DNA from: Cyanocohniella sp. LLY
Lineage (GTDB): Bacteria; Cyanobacteriota; Cyanobacteriia; Cyanobacteriales; Nostocaceae
Direction: 5' to 3'
NCBI GenBank assembly: GCA_022241785.1
Contig: JAKOMP010000016.1
Span: forward strand, 2,040 to 66,039
DNA length: 64,000 nt
A program made the position numbers and the translations under genes. Below the pieces are notes generated by a model that was not told the origin of the DNA, did not search any database, and worked only from the letters and a program-made list of their open reading frames with translations. Positions 60,833 to 64,000 of this stretch are shown here, in pieces. Within the stretch, counting starts at the first letter, position 1. Every line of letters begins with the position of its first letter.

Positions 60833-61684
60833 ATGACAGTTTCAAATACACAGTCTAATTTTTCCCTCGCGCCCAAAAATTGGTTCCAGCGCTTTTCGTT
60901 GCCGTGGGGGTTTACCCTTAGTTATATCTCCATCATCCTATTGCTGCCTGTCGCTGCCTTGATTCTTCGGGCTACAACACTCTCACCAGCAGAGTTTTGG
61001 CGACTGGCCACTGCCCCCATTGCCCTATCAGCCTACAGCATCACCTTTGGCACTGCCTTATTTGCAGCCGCTATTAACTGTGTCGCTGGTACTGCTACAG
61101 CTTGGGTCTTGGTACGCTACGATTTTCCTTTTAAGCGGGTTTTGGATGCGGTGATTGACCTGCCCTTTGCCCTACCCACGGCAGTTGCAGGTATCACCCT
61201 GGCAACGGTTTACAGTGAGCAAGGCTGGATTGGTTCGCTGCTTACTCCTTTTGGTATTAGGGTTTCCTTCACTCGGTTGGGGGTGGCGGTGGCGATGGTG
61301 TTTATTTCCGTCCCCTTCGTTGTTCGTGCTGTACAGCCCGTGCTGCAAGAGCTAGATTTAACAGTTGAAGAAGCTGCCTGGTCTTTAGGGGCTTCCCGAT
61401 GGGTAACTTTTTGGAAAGTGATATTACCACCACTTGTACCAGCTATCCTGACTGGTACAACCCAGGCTTTTGCTAGGGCGGTGGGAGAGTATGGCTCGGT
61501 GGTATTGATTGCTGCTAACGTCCCCTTTCAAGATTTAATTGCCCCCATCTTAGTATTCCAGCGCCTCGAACAAAACGACATGGCTGGGGCGACGGCTATT
61601 GGCACAGTGCTGCTGATGATTTCCCTATTGCTGCTGCTGGCAGTGAATTTCTTGCAAACTTGGAGGCAACGCTATGACGCTTGA
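60833..61684 (+). CDS. cysT: Sulfate ABC transporter permease
   Basis: AWVLVRY.FP, DLPFALPTAVAG, EEAAWSLGA, GEYGSV; start reassigned to MTVSN. Confidence 0.95.
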   Translation: MTVSNTQSNFSLAPKNWFQRFSLPWGFTLSYISIILLLPVAALILRATTLSPAEFWRLATAPIALSAYSITFGTALFAAAINCVAGTATAWVLVRYDFPFKRVLDAVIDLPFALPTAVAGITLATVYSEQGWIGSLLTPFGIRVSFTRLGVAVAMVFISVPFVVRAVQPVLQELDLTVEEAAWSLGASRWVTFWKVILPPLVPAILTGTTQAFARAVGEYGSVVLIAANVPFQDLIAPILVFQRLEQNDMAGATAIGTVLLMISLLLLLAVNFLQTWRQRYDA

Positions 61685-62549
61685 TGTCAAATCTACCCAG
61701 TCTCTTCCATCTGAGGGAGTAAAACCCAAACAAGTTAGGGATTGGGGCAGAATTGTGTTAATTGGGTCAGTGGTGGCTTATTTTGCCCTGATATTGTTGC
61801 TACCCACCCTTTATGTCTTCATTGGAGCCTTTAGCCGCGGTATTGGCCCGTTTTTCGCCACCCTTACCAGCCGCGATTTTACTCAAGCCTTTCGTTTGAC
61901 GGCACTAGCGGTAGCAATAGCCGTGCCGTTCAATATCGTCTTTGGTTTATGTGCTGCCTGGGTCATTGCCCGCCGTCGATTTCCAGGACGCACTTTGTTA
62001 CTAAGTATTATTGACTTGCCCTTTTCCATTTCACCCATTGTGGCAGGTTTAATGCTGGTCTCGCTCTATGGACGTAATGGGTTACTTGGCCCCTTGCTAC
62101 AATCCTTAGATATCAGGATTATTTTTGCGTTCCCCGGCATTGCTCTGGCAACTATGTTGGGGGGAATGCCCTTTGTGGCGCGGGAAGTGATTCCAGTACT
62201 AGAAGAAGTTGGTACTCAAGAAGAAGAAGCTGCTAAAACCTTGGGCGCTACTGAATGGCAAACTTTCTGGCGGGTGACCCTACCTTCTATTCGCTGGGCA
62301 TTGTTGTATGGCACTATTCTTACCACTGCTCGCGCCATGGGAGAGTATGGTGCTATTGCGGTTGTCTCTAGTAATTTAATTGGCCGTACCCAGACCCTCA
62401 CCCTATATGTAGAAGGGGCTTATCGCAATTACGATTCCCAAAGTGCCTTTGCAGCTTCAGTGGTGCTAGCCGGATTAGCTGCTTTCACCTTGGTGATTAA
62501 AGAGTTGTTTGAGCGCCGCTTCCAGATCAAAAATGCAGGGGACGAATAG
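61674..62549 (+). CDS. cysW: Sulfate ABC transporter permease
   Basis: DLPFSISPIVAG, PFVAREVIP, TLPSIRWALLYG, ARAMGEYG. Confidence 0.95.
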   Translation: MTLDVKSTQSLPSEGVKPKQVRDWGRIVLIGSVVAYFALILLLPTLYVFIGAFSRGIGPFFATLTSRDFTQAFRLTALAVAIAVPFNIVFGLCAAWVIARRRFPGRTLLLSIIDLPFSISPIVAGLMLVSLYGRNGLLGPLLQSLDIRIIFAFPGIALATMLGGMPFVAREVIPVLEEVGTQEEEAAKTLGATEWQTFWRVTLPSIRWALLYGTILTTARAMGEYGAIAVVSSNLIGRTQTLTLYVEGAYRNYDSQSAFAASVVLAGLAAFTLVIKELFERRFQIKNAGDE

Positions 62550-62602
62550 AGTCGCACATAGCATTTCTTCCTGATAATTTCTGACAAAAAGGTAATTGGC
62601 AT

Positions 62603-62869
62603 ATGGTTACTGACAATCAGATAATTCACAAACAAATTCGCCTGCGAATTCCCAGAAATTTCCATCAAGAACCGGTGATTTCTCGTTTAGTCTCAGACTA
62701 CGGTCTCACAATTAATATTACAGCTGCAATTTTGGGTGCCAATGCTGTTGGCGACGGTTGGTTTGAACTTGATTTACAGGGTACAGCAGCACAAATAGAT
62801 GATGCTATCAATTATCTCCAGGAGATAGAACTAGAATTCTGGGATGAAAACAGCGTTAGTAATTGGTGA
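62603..62869 (+). CDS. Stand-alone NIL-domain protein
   Basis: RLRIP..FHQEPVISRLV..YGLTINITAA, GWFELDLQG. Confidence 0.88.
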   Translation: MVTDNQIIHKQIRLRIPRNFHQEPVISRLVSDYGLTINITAAILGANAVGDGWFELDLQGTAAQIDDAINYLQEIELEFWDENSVSNW

Positions 62870-63510
62870 TTAACTGTTCTACCAATTCTCTATTCTTTCC
62901 TATGCAACGTCAAAAATTACACCCTTCCACTCCCGTTGATAGTCGCATTCGGATTCCTCTGCATTATCAACGCCAACCTCTAATTTCCCGTTTGGTATCA
63001 CGCTACGGTGTCACGGTAAATATCACGGCAGCGATGCTCTCTGCAACAGAAAACTACGGTTGGTTTGATTTGCAACTCCAAGGTAATTATGAACATATCT
63101 GTGACGGACTGCTGTATTTACAGAACCTGGGAGTACATTTAATGCATACAAGTATTGCAGATAATGTGCAATGTGCTGTAAGTCCTCAGTCCTTACATCA
63201 CTCATTACCAACACCTGCACCACCTGTAGCTTATCAAGTTTACAGTAGTCAATCTTATCGACTGCGGGTGCAAATTTGCATTTTGAAAGATTATTATCAG
63301 ACACCAATCATCTTTGACTTAGTGTCGCGCTACGGAATCACAGTCAATATCATGGAAGCTTCATTACCAGCTAATCAACAGGAGGATGGGTGGTTTGATT
63401 TAGATCTTTGGGGTAAACCGCAGCAACTATTTTCTAGTTGCGACTATTTAGAAAATCTCAATTTACCACTGTGGTTAGATGCTTCTTCTTTACATGGACA
63501 GCTTATATGA
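62863..63510 (+). CDS. Tandem NIL-domain protein (start uncertain)
   Basis: Two units P.I..LVSRYG.TVNI..A...GWFDL.L.G. Confidence 0.85.
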   Translation: MVINCSTNSLFFPMQRQKLHPSTPVDSRIRIPLHYQRQPLISRLVSRYGVTVNITAAMLSATENYGWFDLQLQGNYEHICDGLLYLQNLGVHLMHTSIADNVQCAVSPQSLHHSLPTPAPPVAYQVYSSQSYRLRVQICILKDYYQTPIIFDLVSRYGITVNIMEASLPANQQEDGWFDLDLWGKPQQLFSSCDYLENLNLPLWLDASSLHGQLI

Positions 63511-63628
63511 ATTAAATGTGAGTTTATAGCAGTTCTAAATAATTTGTAACATCTTGCATACAGGCTATTGATTGTTGACATTCAATAAGAAAAATTGATA
63601 TTTATCACAACTAAAATAGGATTGCTAT

Positions 63629-63919
63629 ATGGTTGTTTTATTTAGTAAAAGCAGTAGTATGACTCGACTGCGTTTGCGTTTATATATTCCTCCAATTTAC
63701 TTGCAAGAGCCGATTATTTCCCAAATAATTTCTCGTTATAACTTGACGGTTAATATTACGGGTGCAGCGCTAGACAAAAATACTAATGGACAAGGATGTT
63801 TTGACTTAGAACTACAAGGTTCTATGTCTCACATCAGCAATTGTTTAAATTATCTGGAATCTTTACATCTGAAGATTATAGGTAAGCCAAATACAGATGA
63901 AGATAGTTGGTATTGTTGA
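63629..63919 (+). CDS. Stand-alone NIL-domain protein
   Basis: RLYIP..YLQEPIISQIISRYNLTVNITGA, GCFDLELQG. Confidence 0.85.
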   Translation: MVVLFSKSSSMTRLRLRLYIPPIYLQEPIISQIISRYNLTVNITGAALDKNTNGQGCFDLELQGSMSHISNCLNYLESLHLKIIGKPNTDEDSWYC

Positions 63920-64000
63920 GTTTTTGAGATTCCTGATTGTTAAATTTCATAGTGCCAAATATCTTCTTCTCTCAGCACAATTCTATGTAAACGCAGCCGT

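Overview
Genomic DNA from a filamentous, probably heterocystous (Nostocales-like) cyanobacterium, judged from abundant HIP1 GCGATCGC, heptamer STRRs and small dispersed repeats. From about 3.9 kb to the window end it is a large sulfur-acquisition island. It carries ssuD/ssuE, ssuC/ssuB, four SsuA-like binding proteins, TauD, a DszC/SfnB-like monooxygenase, an AsfA/AsfB-like flavoprotein-ferredoxin pair with a HEAT protein, a rhodanese plus YeeE, metX/metY, sbp-cysT-cysW followed by three stand-alone NIL-domain genes, a porin, three GSTs and many orphan enzymes. The strongest signal not explained by the genes is a 26-bp palindrome, consensus TACGGTAAwTCnATnGAwTTACCGTA (TAC-N20-GTA). I found it by eye 19 times, always in upstream/promoter regions, and it defines a candidate sulfur-starvation regulon whose regulator is not evident in the window. 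Many member proteins are nearly free of Cys and Met. Notable members are a Tat-exported, sulfur-free vanadium-haloperoxidase-like protein whose SGH motif reads GGA, two signal-less binding-protein-fold proteins and a candidate sRNA. A 27% Cys+Met four-helix protein also lies in the island. The window also holds a TnpB-only IS200/IS605 element, MITEs, SDRs and several deletion scars. All calls come from reading the sequence; no database searches were run.
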